Below are positions 37,112 through 47,100 of a stretch of DNA of 64,000 bases, in pieces. Location: positions 38,679-102,678 of the IMG/VR virus record IMGVR_UViG_3300045995_000532; one strand, 5' to 3'. Below the pieces are notes generated by a model. The model was not told where the DNA came from, did not search any database, and was given only the letters and a program-made list of their open reading frames with translations. The position numbers and the translations under genes were made by a program. Numbering within the stretch: position 1 is the first letter of the stretch; every line of letters starts with the position of its first letter. This DNA is from a virus.

Positions 37112-37627
37112 TCAGGAGGAGAAACCCTTCTCTTCCTTGATCTCCTCGTTGGTGCTCGTGCGGACCGTCACGTTGTACGTCTTGGTGATGTAGTCCTTCA
37201 CGAAGTTGACCTGCGCGACCGACGCCGACGAGTCCGACACGTCGATCAGTGCGCGCAGGCGGAGCACGTTGCGCTCGTCGAGCTTCTTCACCGACGACTG
37301 GAATGCCATGCCACTCTTGGCGAGCATCGCGAACAGTGCCTCGTTCGTCAGCGCCTGCTCGGACTGATACTCCGGATCCTGCTCCGCCTCCGCGCGAGCA
37401 TCCACCCGCACCAGAACCCCGTTCAGGAACGGGTCCGCAGCGGAGTCGAACACGTTCGCGTTGTTCAGCTCGCGGTCCGACTGAGTGATGCGGAACCTCT
37501 GGCCCGGCCGCGCCGCGATCGGCTTGTCACGTCCCCGAGTGTCCGTCGTCATGTACCAGACGTTACCCAAGTTCGGGTTCAGCCAGATTTCCTCATCCGC
37601 CCGCGCATTGATGCTGTTGACAGCCAC
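37112..37627 (-). CDS. Hypothetical late protein
   Basis: AAGGAG RBS; strong codon bias. Confidence 0.75.
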   Translation of the reverse strand: MAVNSINARADEEIWLNPNLGNVWYMTTDTRGRDKPIAARPGQRFRITQSDRELNNANVFDSAADPFLNGVLVRVDARAEAEQDPEYQSEQALTNEALFAMLAKSGMAFQSSVKKLDERNVLRLRALIDVSDSSASVAQVNFVKDYITKTYNVTVRTSTNEEIKEEKGFSS

Positions 37628-37682
37628 GTCCGTGCTCCTTCGTCCAGGTCCTGGGGATCTTGTCTATCAGTGGAATCGACCA

Positions 37683-37970
37683 TCAACCGAACTGCGGGTA
37701 GTTCATCTCCCGTTTCAGACGGTCCGTATTCTCATGCAAACGAGCCTGCCACTCACCCGGAAAGTCCTCTTTGAGGTCTGCGATCGCCTGCCGCCGCGCC
37801 CGGCCGGAGACGTCATCGCGGGTCATCTCCGGGAACTTCTCCGTCAGATCCTGCGTTGCTGCATGACGGTAGATACCCCACGCGAAGCCGTGTGCGTCCA
37901 CGAACTGGGTCAGGGCTGCGGTCTTCGCCTTGTCGTGAATGACAACCGCCAGGGTTCGATGCCGGCTCAT
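37683..37970 (-). CDS. Hypothetical protein
   Basis: GAGGA RBS before MSRHRTL. Confidence 0.65.
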   Translation of the reverse strand: MSRHRTLAVVIHDKAKTAALTQFVDAHGFAWGIYRHAATQDLTEKFPEMTRDDVSGRARRQAIADLKEDFPGEWQARLHENTDRLKREMNYPQFG

Positions 37971-38048
37971 AGTTTCCTCGGTTCTGGTCAGACGCCTGCC
38001 ACTGAGGCTAGAGGCGGCAACCTGCGATGTCCCCGTGTGGGCCCTGCC

Positions 38049-38078
38049 CGGCGCGCTGAGCGACCCGTCAGAACGTCG
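38049..38078 (-). promoter_or_regulatory. 11-8-11 imperfect palindrome, copy B
   Basis: Minus strand CGACGTTCTGA-CGGGTCGC-TCAGCGCGCCG; 28/30 identical to copy A. Confidence 0.7.
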
Positions 38079-38083
38079 CGATG

Positions 38084-38142
38084 GCCAGGCATACAGCAGC
38101 GGGCCCCTCCAACCGGAAGGGCCCGCTGCCAGCAATGCTTGG
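38084..38142 (-). terminator. Long hairpin/terminator after the major capsid gene
   Basis: GCAGCGGGCCCTTCC-GGTT-GGAGGGGCCCGCTGC stem directly after the capsid stop. Confidence 0.65.
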
Positions 38143-38147
38143 TCTAG

Positions 38148-39122
38148 CTACGCGCTGAGCACCAGCCGGCGGCAGTACTCCGGGTGGAACGCTGCACCAC
38201 CGACGTCGCGACGGGACTTGAAGTGGGTGTAATCCACCTTGTCTTCCGTCCACATCTTCACACGGCTACCGCCGTACGTGGCGAACAGGCCGACGTTGCC
38301 GCCGAAGACCCAGATCTCGTTGGCCGGCAGGTACGCGATGCCGTCCTCGTCCTGGTAGTTGTCCAGGTTGATGAGGTTGGCACCGAAGAAGGAGCCCATC
38401 TGACCCGTACGGGAGATGAGGTCCTGGGTGATGTTGGAGTACGTGGTGAAGTCGAGGATCTTCGCCAGTGCACCCTTGCGACCCACGATGGCGAGCGGCC
38501 GCTCGAGCGAGCCGTTCGACGGGCGAGGGACGTCCGAGACGGCGGTGACAGCCGCACGCAGCGCCGCCTCCGTCAGGCCGGTGAGTGTGAGGTCCTCGTA
38601 CGAAGCCGAACCCGACGGGACCGAGGCCTTCAGCATGGTGAAGATGCGGCGGTTGACCTCCGCGTCCTCCCGCTGCTTGGCCAGGGGGAGAAGGTCCTGG
38701 ATCGTCTCAGAGTAGTTCGCGCGGACGTTGTCCTCGAACTCCGAAACGTGCCACCCCATCGTGTCCTTCTGGAGCTCCCAGATGTCCGTGGAGATCTGGG
38801 ACTCGTCGATCTCTCCACCACGGTTGGTGTAGAAGACCTTCATGCCGCGACGCTCGCGGATGGTGACCTGCTCGAACTCACCCACGTTCGTCACGGGGAA
38901 GTAGTTCGAGAAGGTATTGTCGAACCGGAACCCATAGTCGAGGGTCTCCGCGATCGTCGCCGCCTGCTCGCGGTGCCAAGCCGAATTGCCCCAGTTTTCC
39001 TTGGCCTCAGCGTCCAGCGCCACTCGTGCAGCCGCGTACTCACGTTCCGCCTCAAGGGAGGCGAACTCGCGGGTCTTGAAAGTTCCGGTCTTGATGATCT
39101 CACTAAGAACGGTCTTTGCCAT
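38148..39122 (-). CDS. Major capsid protein
   Basis: About 324 aa, very strong codon bias, follows scaffold and decoration genes, followed by a hairpin. Confidence 0.85.
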   Translation of the reverse strand: MAKTVLSEIIKTGTFKTREFASLEAEREYAAARVALDAEAKENWGNSAWHREQAATIAETLDYGFRFDNTFSNYFPVTNVGEFEQVTIRERRGMKVFYTNRGGEIDESQISTDIWELQKDTMGWHVSEFEDNVRANYSETIQDLLPLAKQREDAEVNRRIFTMLKASVPSGSASYEDLTLTGLTEAALRAAVTAVSDVPRPSNGSLERPLAIVGRKGALAKILDFTTYSNITQDLISRTGQMGSFFGANLINLDNYQDEDGIAYLPANEIWVFGGNVGLFATYGGSRVKMWTEDKVDYTHFKSRRDVGGAAFHPEYCRRLVLSA

Positions 39123-39140
39123 GATATTCAATGCCCCCTC

Positions 39141-39665
39141 TCAGGACAGAAGAACAGCCTCGGCGTACGTCGAGGAGTCGGTGACGGTGACCTTCAGCCC
39201 TGCGGTGCCAGGAGCAACCGCCGGAGTCTTGATCCACTTGGTGCCGTCCCACTGGAGGGTGTCCAGCACAGCAACCCCGGTGGCGACGATGACGTTGCGG
39301 GCCGCGATCTGGCGCCCATCCCAGCGAGACTGCGCCGGGGTGTTGCGGATCCAGATCTTCTCCCCCGCACCGGACCAGATAGTGGCCAGGTAGCCGTTCT
39401 TCGCGACGCCACGCATGTGGGAGTCAAGCTCCGCACCGGTATAGACGCTGTACAGCTCGAACTCCTGGACCAGAAGGCCCGTGATGCCCGACTGGAAACC
39501 CGTGCCAGCCGGCGCGAGCTTGATGAATCCGGGTGCCGCCGCATCGATCGTGACGAGATCCCCCTGGTGAAAAACACCAGTCGCGGGAACGCGGTAACGA
39601 CCCTCACGGGTGGCACTGTCGCCACCGGTGCGGCGGAAGCCGAAGTTGAGGCCGTAGTCAGCCAT
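39141..39665 (-). CDS. Capsid decoration/cement protein
   Basis: Between scaffold and capsid genes; Gly/Ala/Thr beta-rich. Confidence 0.7.
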   Translation of the reverse strand: MADYGLNFGFRRTGGDSATREGRYRVPATGVFHQGDLVTIDAAAPGFIKLAPAGTGFQSGITGLLVQEFELYSVYTGAELDSHMRGVAKNGYLATIWSGAGEKIWIRNTPAQSRWDGRQIAARNVIVATGVAVLDTLQWDGTKWIKTPAVAPGTAGLKVTVTDSSTYAEAVLLS

Positions 39666-40342
39666 CAGATTCCCTTCCGGTTCTGCTCGAAGAACGCGCT
39701 CGTCTTCGATGCGGTGGACGTGACGGCCACGCCGTGCATGGCGGTTTCACGCGGGGCGTCGGTCTTGACCGGGCCCTTCTCGAGCCCTGCGGTGACCTCA
39801 GCCAGTTCGGCGACGTAGCCGTCGAAGGCGTCCTGCTCCATGAGGGCCCAGCGGTTCGCCCGCTCAGGGGTGAACCACTCGTCGGCCTTGTGGGGGAGCG
39901 CGGTCCGAACGCCGGCAACGCGGGCGTCCTGCCGGGCGGCGACCTCGCGGTCGTGCTCGATCTCGGTGTTGCGATCGGCGAGGGCCTTCTCGGCGGTCTC
40001 CCGGGCAGCAACCTCGAGGTCAAGCTTGTTCTGCAGCTCGGCCTTCTCGGTCTCGTGCACAGCGGCCGTCGCAGTGACCTTCTCAGCGAAGGCCGCGGTC
40101 TCGCCGACCTCCTCCTTCTTAGCTGCGTCGAGCTGCTTCTTGCAGTCGGCGAGCTGGGCGGTCAGGGCGTCGACCTTGGCCTGCAGATCCTTCACGGTCA
40201 CAGCCGCTGCAGCACCTTCACGGCTGACGGTGCTCGCCAGAATTGCGACGTGCTCCTCTTCGGTGAACGTGCGCGACTCGGCGATCTCGCGCTCATAGGT
40301 CGCGGTTTCCCGCCGAAGCGGGAGTTCGATGTTCGTCGGCAT
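39665..40342 (-). CDS. Scaffolding protein
   Basis: Acidic coiled-coil; GAGGAGG RBS; synteny. Confidence 0.75.
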   Translation of the reverse strand: MPTNIELPLRRETATYEREIAESRTFTEEEHVAILASTVSREGAAAAVTVKDLQAKVDALTAQLADCKKQLDAAKKEEVGETAAFAEKVTATAAVHETEKAELQNKLDLEVAARETAEKALADRNTEIEHDREVAARQDARVAGVRTALPHKADEWFTPERANRWALMEQDAFDGYVAELAEVTAGLEKGPVKTDAPRETAMHGVAVTSTASKTSAFFEQNRKGI

Positions 40343-40415
40343 GAGCCATACCTCCTCGGGTTTTCTCGTGGGCCGGTATGCCTCGGCCATCGGAGAGTTG
40401 CATCGACAACACGAA

Positions 40416-40453
40416 GCCCCGACGCTCTGAAGAGTCCTTCAGAACGTCGGGGC
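40416..40453 (-). promoter_or_regulatory. 11-8-11 palindrome copy C within an extended hairpin (may also act as a terminator)
   Basis: Minus strand GCCC-CGACGTTCTGA-AGGACTCT-TCAGAGCGTCG-GGGC then TTCGTGTT. Confidence 0.7.
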
Positions 40454-40471
40454 GCAAACGTGCGGTGATGC

Positions 40472-41362
40472 CTAGGAGGTGGAGCGGGCACTCCACTGCA
40501 TGATCTGGGCAATCATGTTGTGGGCGACGTCGTCGTCAATGCCAGCGATCGTGAGGTTCCCGCTGGACGTCTGACCTTCCACGATCGAAGCCGCCTGACG
40601 CTGAGAGTCGAGGCTGAGCTTGAGTCCAAGGTCCGCGTTCGCCCAACCTGGCTCGACGGGCGGGACGATCACCGCGGCACCCTGGAAGATGGGGTTGACG
40701 AACCGGCGGTGCGACGCGCGCTCACGGAGATGAGCGCAGACGTTGTCCGCCTTGTGCTGGTAGTCGAGATAAGAAACCTTGCTGCCGCACCCGTTCGGGC
40801 CCACGCACGCCACCTCCTGGGAGATGCACTCCATGGAGAGCCATGCCTTGCCTGCAGTTGCGTAGTCCTGGACGGCGGCAACCTCGCGGGGGAAGATCCA
40901 GCCCCACATGGTCGCTTCGGTGCGGATGTGCGGACCCATGCTCGGTGAGCCGGCCGCAGCTTCCCGAGCATTCACCAAGACCGGATCGAAGAGGGAGCCA
41001 ACAATCTTGGTCTCCTCATGCAGCCAGTTCAGCGGTCCACGACCCACTGACGGCAGACCAAACTCCAGGTCGCCCTGAGTCCAGAACGCCCCGTTGCGGT
41101 TCGCGTGCTCAGCTTCGACGAGGCGCCCGGTCAGGTTGAGGATGAAGTCACCCGCACTGACGGTGCCAGCCGTCTCGGCGTCGAACGGGGTGGAGACGAT
41201 GACACGGTTGGTGTCCTTGTTCTCTACGGCGAACGCGGGCGGGTTCTGCACGGCCGGCACCGAGACGACCGCAGGCCCCGTAGGGCGCGTGCGGACGGTC
41301 GGCCGCCGAGCACGTAGCCGGTCCCGGATATCGATCACTGACTCAGCCATGGCCGTCCTCAC
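40472..41362 (-). CDS. Putative prohead (capsid maturation) protease
   Basis: NRNG..., PLNWLH, LSMEC, FQGAAVI..P motifs; follows the portal. Confidence 0.75.
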   Translation of the reverse strand: MRTAMAESVIDIRDRLRARRPTVRTRPTGPAVVSVPAVQNPPAFAVENKDTNRVIVSTPFDAETAGTVSAGDFILNLTGRLVEAEHANRNGAFWTQGDLEFGLPSVGRGPLNWLHEETKIVGSLFDPVLVNAREAAAGSPSMGPHIRTEATMWGWIFPREVAAVQDYATAGKAWLSMECISQEVACVGPNGCGSKVSYLDYQHKADNVCAHLRERASHRRFVNPIFQGAAVIVPPVEPGWANADLGLKLSLDSQRQAASIVEGQTSSGNLTIAGIDDDVAHNMIAQIMQWSARSTS

Positions 41363-43023
41363 TGCTTCGCTGTCGATGGGGCGCCAGTAGCGGTCCGCGG
41401 CTTCATAGCCCCTTGCGCTGACGTCTTCGATGTGCCCCCGCCAGCTGGCCGCCCACCCTGGGCGCCCGTTACCGCCGGCGGCACTCCACCAGAGCCATCG
41501 CCACTATTCGGCAGAGCATCCTTTGCCGGCCCGTTCGCGGGGGAGTTGAACGGCACTGCCTGCTTCCAGGTCGGGTAAAGCTCAGCGGACCGCACCCGCC
41601 GCTGAGCCTCGATGTCCTCGTCGAAGCCCAACCATTCGAGGAACGACGGCCGTGAGATCTCCTCGGACTGACGGGCAGTGGTGATGGCCGCGATCATCAG
41701 CGCATCCGAGTCAAGCTGGACATGGCGCGGGGTGAACGCCAACGCCGGCTTCTCGTCAGGCTTGAACGAGGCCAACACGGCGGCGTTGCGGGGATGAGCC
41801 CAGATGGCGTCGCGGATCTTGTCCTCGACCATGCGGGACATCATCTGGCGGCGGTTCTCCAGACCCCGGGCGATCATCCGTGAGGTGACCTGGGACTGCT
41901 CCTTGCCCATCGTGACCCGCAGCAAGTTGAGCGCCTTCGCGGCGATCCGCTCGTCGAGCAGGTTGTACCGGTCGGGCTGCAGGGTGTAGTCAACCTTTGG
42001 GGTGATGATGTCGATCTGCAGCCGGTGATCTGCGACGATGACAGGCAACCGTGCGATGACCTTGAAGTTCTCCTTCAGGTTGGAGAGCTCCTCAGTGGTG
42101 CCCGGCTGGACGTCGGTGCCCTGGCGGACGAGCAGAATGTAGTTCGCTGCCCCGACCAGGTTGACCCGGTCCGATTCCATCAACTGCTGCTTCATGTCCA
42201 GAAGACGGAACGTTGAGCGCAGCCGCACGTCAGCGAAACGCTCGAAGGAAGACTTGGTCACACAGTGACGCCATACCCGGTCCGGGTTGAACTCGAGCAG
42301 CGAGGCGGGGTTGACGCCCAGATGGGTGAGTTCGCCCTGCTCCGTCTCGCTGGGTGCGTAGCGGCCCAGGAAAAGTTCGGTCATGACCGAGTCGAACGTC
42401 AGCTCAGCGTCGCCGGTGAAGATGGACATCTCGTCCTTGGCAGCGTTCCACGCCATCCGGTCCTCGCCGAAGATGCTCATCCCGACTGGCACGCACTTGA
42501 GCGGGTCCAGCGTGATGATCTGGGTCGGCACCCACAGCGTGATCGGCTTCCGCTTCGGTGAGCCCTTCTTCCTCGAGCGCGGCAGGTAGGACCGCCAGCC
42601 CCACCATGCCGCAGAGACCGACTGGGAGTACGTGAACAGCTCGCGATACAGGACCCGCAGGTAGTTGTCCAGGTTGATGGTCGCGTTGTGCTGGTTGAAG
42701 ACGTCCGCGAGGTCCTCGTTGGAGGACTCCCAGTGGACCTCCTGCAGGATCAAGCCCTCGGTGAGCTCTGCGGCAGCGGAGATGATGTCGTCGTCACCCA
42801 CGGCGCCGCGCGCCGTCCGCATCTGCTCGTACGGGTTGTCCGATGCGGCGTACTTGGAGGGGTTGAACAGGCTCGACCGGCCGCTGCGGGCCCTCGTCTC
42901 GTTGGTCCACGACGACAGCTTCCGGGACAGTTCCCGGAGGGTGGGACTGATCGCGACGTCATCCACCCCGGACTGGTTGATGACGGAGATCTCACCAAGC
43001 GCATTAACGAAGTCGGTATCCAT
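41359..43023 (-). CDS. Portal protein
   Basis: 554 aa, downstream of TerL, helical, with a low-complexity GGRP C-terminus. Confidence 0.85.
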   Translation of the reverse strand: MDTDFVNALGEISVINQSGVDDVAISPTLRELSRKLSSWTNETRARSGRSSLFNPSKYAASDNPYEQMRTARGAVGDDDIISAAAELTEGLILQEVHWESSNEDLADVFNQHNATINLDNYLRVLYRELFTYSQSVSAAWWGWRSYLPRSRKKGSPKRKPITLWVPTQIITLDPLKCVPVGMSIFGEDRMAWNAAKDEMSIFTGDAELTFDSVMTELFLGRYAPSETEQGELTHLGVNPASLLEFNPDRVWRHCVTKSSFERFADVRLRSTFRLLDMKQQLMESDRVNLVGAANYILLVRQGTDVQPGTTEELSNLKENFKVIARLPVIVADHRLQIDIITPKVDYTLQPDRYNLLDERIAAKALNLLRVTMGKEQSQVTSRMIARGLENRRQMMSRMVEDKIRDAIWAHPRNAAVLASFKPDEKPALAFTPRHVQLDSDALMIAAITTARQSEEISRPSFLEWLGFDEDIEAQRRVRSAELYPTWKQAVPFNSPANGPAKDALPNSGDGSGGVPPAVTGAQGGRPAGGGTSKTSAQGAMKPRTATGAPSTAKQ

Positions 43024-43454
43024 TACGTGAGCCCCCCGAGCATCGCGATTTCCTGCCTAGCTGACTCTATGAGCCTGGACGCGATCTTGAACTGAACAGA
43101 TAATTCATCTTGGTACCTCTGGACCTGCATGGTTCTAACTCTCAATAGCTGACGGTCCAAACCTTCCGCGCGGTGCAGGAGCACGCACATCTCCGTCAGA
43201 CGCGCCCCGTAGGCGCTGCACTCTCTCAAAACCTGATCAGGTGCACGATCCCAGAAGCCGCGCATCGCGCCGGCGATGTCGTCCAGCTCGTCCTCGATCT
43301 GCTGGCGGTTGCCCAGCCCGCCACGTAGGACGGCCATCTCAGGGTTCGCGGAGTACGCCGGCTCGTAGGTGGACGTCGTGGTGACCACGTCACGTCGCAC
43401 CGTGACCGTGCTGGGACGCAGTGGGGTGTCGTCCTCGACGACGCTCTTCGGCAT
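43023..43454 (-). CDS. Hypothetical protein coupled to the portal
   Basis: MPKSVVEDD... start 9 nt after GTCGAT; TAATG overlap with the portal start. Confidence 0.7.
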   Translation of the reverse strand: MPKSVVEDDTPLRPSTVTVRRDVVTTTSTYEPAYSANPEMAVLRGGLGNRQQIEDELDDIAGAMRGFWDRAPDQVLRECSAYGARLTEMCVLLHRAEGLDRQLLRVRTMQVQRYQDELSVQFKIASRLIESARQEIAMLGGLT

Positions 43455-43470
43455 ACCGCAGGCATCGACA

Positions 43471-43512
43471 ACGAAGCCGAACGAAGCCGAACGAGGCCGA
43501 TCAAGGCCGAAC
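43471..43512. repeat. 10-bp tandem direct repeat x4
   Basis: ACGAAGCCGA ACGAAGCCGA ACGAGGCCGA TCAAGGCCGA. Confidence 0.8.
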
Positions 43513-43548
43513 CTGGTCACGCGCCCGTGGTCCACGTAGACGCGAAGG

Positions 43549-43574
43549 TAGACAGATAGGTCTATGATCGAACG
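43549..43574 (+). promoter_or_regulatory. Leaderless promoter and operator of the TA operon
   Basis: TATGAT (43563-43568) lies 6 nt before ATG 43575; TAGAC-N6-GTCTA inverted repeat overlaps it. Confidence 0.6.
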
Positions 43575-43805
43575 ATGACAGACACGACAACGATCCGAGT
43601 CAAGACCACCACCCGAGACCGGATTCGGACACTCGGTGGCGGACGCAGCGCCGACGACGTGATCCTCGCCGCCCTCAACGAACTGGAACGCCGCCGCATC
43701 AACGACCTTATGCGCGAGCAGTCCCTGGCCATCAGCCGAGACCCCGCGGAGCTCGCCGAAGCTCAAGCCATCGCAGAAGATCTTGAGTACGCCCGTGCGT
43801 GGTGA
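43575..43805 (+). CDS. Type II antitoxin (ribbon-helix-helix-like, MazE role)
   Basis: TTTIRV...TRDRI RHH pattern, acidic C-terminus, overlaps the toxin. Confidence 0.85.
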   Translation: MTDTTTIRVKTTTRDRIRTLGGGRSADDVILAALNELERRRINDLMREQSLAISRDPAELAEAQAIAEDLEYARAW

Positions 43806-44106
43806 CGTACATGAGTTGAAGAACCCGAAGGCAAGCATCGGCAACGAGCAGCGCGGCAAGCGGTACGCCGTCATCATCCAGTCGGACAGCCTCATGATCT
43901 CAACGACCCTGGTCGCCCCAACGTCGACCAGTGCGACACCTGCCGTGTTCCGACCCGAGATCACCCTCCTCGGCCAAAGGACCTGCGTCCAGGTCGAACA
44001 GGCCACCGCCGTCGCACCATCCCAGCTAGGCAAACTCGTCGGACACGCCACGCTTCGTGAGATGCAGGATATCGAAGCAGCGCTGCACCTCGTGCTCAAC
44101 CTCTGA
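43783..44106 (+). CDS. mazF: MazF/PemK-family endoribonuclease toxin
   Basis: RGDV...P...GNEQRGKRYAVIIQSD...LVAPTST...RPEI...VEQ..AV...LG. Confidence 0.92.
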   Translation: MSTPVRGDVHELKNPKASIGNEQRGKRYAVIIQSDSLMISTTLVAPTSTSATPAVFRPEITLLGQRTCVQVEQATAVAPSQLGKLVGHATLREMQDIEAALHLVLNL

Positions 44107-44112
44107 CCGCTC

Positions 44113-47100
44113 CTAGAAGAACTGTGCCAGCACCGGCGCCGGTGCCTTCGGCTTCTCCAGGAGTGCCTCGATCTGCTCCAGATCCTTCGCCGCGGCATAC
44201 ATACGAGCGGCATCGAGAGAGTGGCAGTTGCCGACCCCCCCGTACCGGCGCACCACACCGTCGTCGGAGGGGGAGGTTTTTACGATGTACGACGTCTGGC
44301 CGTTCCACTCACCGATCAGCTCGTCATCGAACGGCAACTCGATCGTCTTGGTATCGACCCGTTTCCTTAGAGCATCGGTCGAAAAATCCTTTATGTTACG
44401 AATTATTACCAGATCCTCGGGCTTCTCACCCCGCTTGAGTTCGCGAGTGTCGAACGCTACGGGCTTCTTCTCAGAGAAGTTGTACCCCGCAAGGCGCGGT
44501 CCGATGCTCGTGTTCTCCTTCAATATCTGCCACAACGGCAATCCGTTGCCCGTATTATGGGTCAGAATATGGCTACGAGTCACGTACAGGTGGTCGGCGG
44601 CTTCAACGCGGATACATACAGATTTCTCTTCGCCGTCCGGCTCGATCGTATCGACGAAGCGATGGAAACGTGCGGCCGAACGCGGGGTGCACGCATCTGC
44701 CTTGCGTGGAAGGCGGAACGGATTAACGCCAGGCGGAACACCCAGAGAAACCGCGTAGACGTCATGCCAGGGGAGTCCGGTCGAGTCACTCTTCGTGGCT
44801 GAGCGATCTACACGGCTGATCCTCGCGTACCCGCCAAGCGACTCAATGAGCTCCATGACTCCGCGAGCGAGGGCCTCCGACGTGATCTTGATCCCAACAT
44901 AGCCAGCACTATTCTTATTCGGAGTCACGAATCCATCGGTATCCATGATTCCCTGAAGGAGCGCGAGTCGCTGGCTAGACGAGGCCCGCAGATACTCCTC
45001 CGGGACATGCTTCTCATAGGCCGACTTGCCCGCCAACCCGAGACCGTCCAACGCAGCAAATACCATGTTGCGCTGGACGAAGCACCCCGTGCCAGGGTCG
45101 CGACCATGACCACGGCCCCCTACGGATTGAATGCCGTAGTCGTACCGTCCTTCGTACTTGACCTCATGCCCGGCCGGAAGAAGACGGCGTACCTCATCAA
45201 CGACAAACGGATCGGCATTCGCGAAACGAACGGAATGCTTACGAATGTTGCCGTCGCCCAGCAGAACACCAAGAAGGTACGGGTCCAGCGGTAGGTCCAG
45301 TTCCGGCATCTCAGCCGGCGCCGACATCAGCGGCACAATCCACTGACGCGGCTGCCCCTTAGTTTTCAACTGCTCCGTCAACAGCTTTAGTTGCTGGGCT
45401 GTCACCGTAATCGGATCGCGCTTTGGATACTTGGTACTCTCTACGGTCCACAGATGCTCCGGACCGCACCGCGTCCAGGAACCATCAGTGAAAGTCACCC
45501 TCATGACCCGACGATCATTCTGGGGGTACACCCCCGTGATACGCGTGGGCATGCCATCGGAGCCCACCGCATAGTCATCAACCTTCAGATCACCTATCGG
45601 CTTCCAGCCCAGCGGGGTCAGGACCGGCTCACTGACCGGCTGCATTTTGTCCATGCCATACCTGCGTAGCCGGGGACCGTAGAAGTCGAACAGGAACTTG
45701 ATGGCCCTGGCCTGGTCGCCCGCGGTGATGCGCTCGAGGCGCAGACGGAGCAGTAGACGGTCCAGGTTCTTGCCCTTCACGGTCCCGAAGATGAGGATCT
45801 CGGATGGGTCGTTGGTGTAGCCCACATCTTGGCCTCCCCAGAACGATGAATACTCGTCACCCAGGTGCGCGTAGTTCATCTCCAGGAGTGACTCAATCCC
45901 ACTGGCTCGCTCCACGAGGACGTCGGAGATCTTCAGGAGGTTGTACACCTCATCGTTGTACTGGGTAGCCCACGGTGACTCGTTGCGACGGCAGCACGCC
46001 ATGAGGCGAGCTGTGACGAAGAGGACTGATCCGGACTCGCTGGGCAGACCAAGGATGTTGCGTTGATAGTCGGGGTGGCTCTCGTCGCCACCGTACTGGG
46101 CGATCTTGATCTGACGCTCTTCGTCGGTCCAGGTGGGGCGGTGAGCGGCGATGTAGTGCAGCACCTGAAACTTGAACTTGTCGTTTCCGCCCTTATTCTG
46201 GGTCAAGGTGTAGTGCAGGTCACGACCAACACCCTTAGAGACGCCGTGGTTCCGCCAACTCATGCCTGGTGCGTTTGTCTTCACGGTCTCGATGAGTTCC
46301 GTATACCCGGCGAGCGGCATATCCTGAAGTTCGTCGACTTCCAGGATTACAGGGTGCGGGCCTTTGAGCCCTCGACCGTCCTTGTTAGGTAGACGCGTCA
46401 TTATCTGCGCCCTGTTGACGAACGTCATCGTCCAATGAGGCGTCTTCTTAAGCCCCCGATTAATACCACGGGGGCGCATTTCATTAAGAAGCCTATAGCG
46501 ATCAAACGCATTTTCGACTTTTGATGTCAAAAGGTCAAGGTGGTTCAACTCAGGTGCAGTAATGAGCATCTCCTGGCCGGGCTGGTTGAAGACGAAGTAG
46601 ATTGCCTTCCAGACGACCGAAAGCGAGTTGTGCGTGGGGACCAAGCCGTGACCCGCCAGGAACAGATGAGACGGTGAGGACACGGTGATACACCGCACCG
46701 GCACGGAGGCTACCGGCGTGACAGAGCAGATGCGCCGGTGGCCGGTCACGGTAGGTCCAGCCTTCACAGGGCGCCAGGCGTCCATCTTGCGGGGGAGCAG
46801 AGCTGGGTTGTGGCGCGCGCGCCACGTGACGCGATAGACAATGCCGCAGTCCTTGTCTCCGATGAACGCGCGCTTGGAGTGAATGCTGGGCTTTTCTCCA
46901 AGCGTGCGTAGAAGTTCCTGTACCGCTAGAGCCAAGCGATGCGACTTCTGTACGAGTTCACAAACCATCGTGCGTGGGTCAATGTAACCATCCGTGTCGA
47001 AGAACCCGGCCATGAGGGCGCGGCGCTGAGCCTCCGATGCGCGAAGGTACATCACCGGAACATGCTTATTACACAACACCGTCAGGTCGCGCAGTGCGCG

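Noticed and set aside
43471-43512. Short repeats as a mini-CRISPR array
   Set aside because: 10-bp head-to-tail units with no spacers
43023-44258. 411-aa ORF from the track
   Set aside because: Its 5' two-thirds is antisense to the TA pair; the real gene likely starts at 43454
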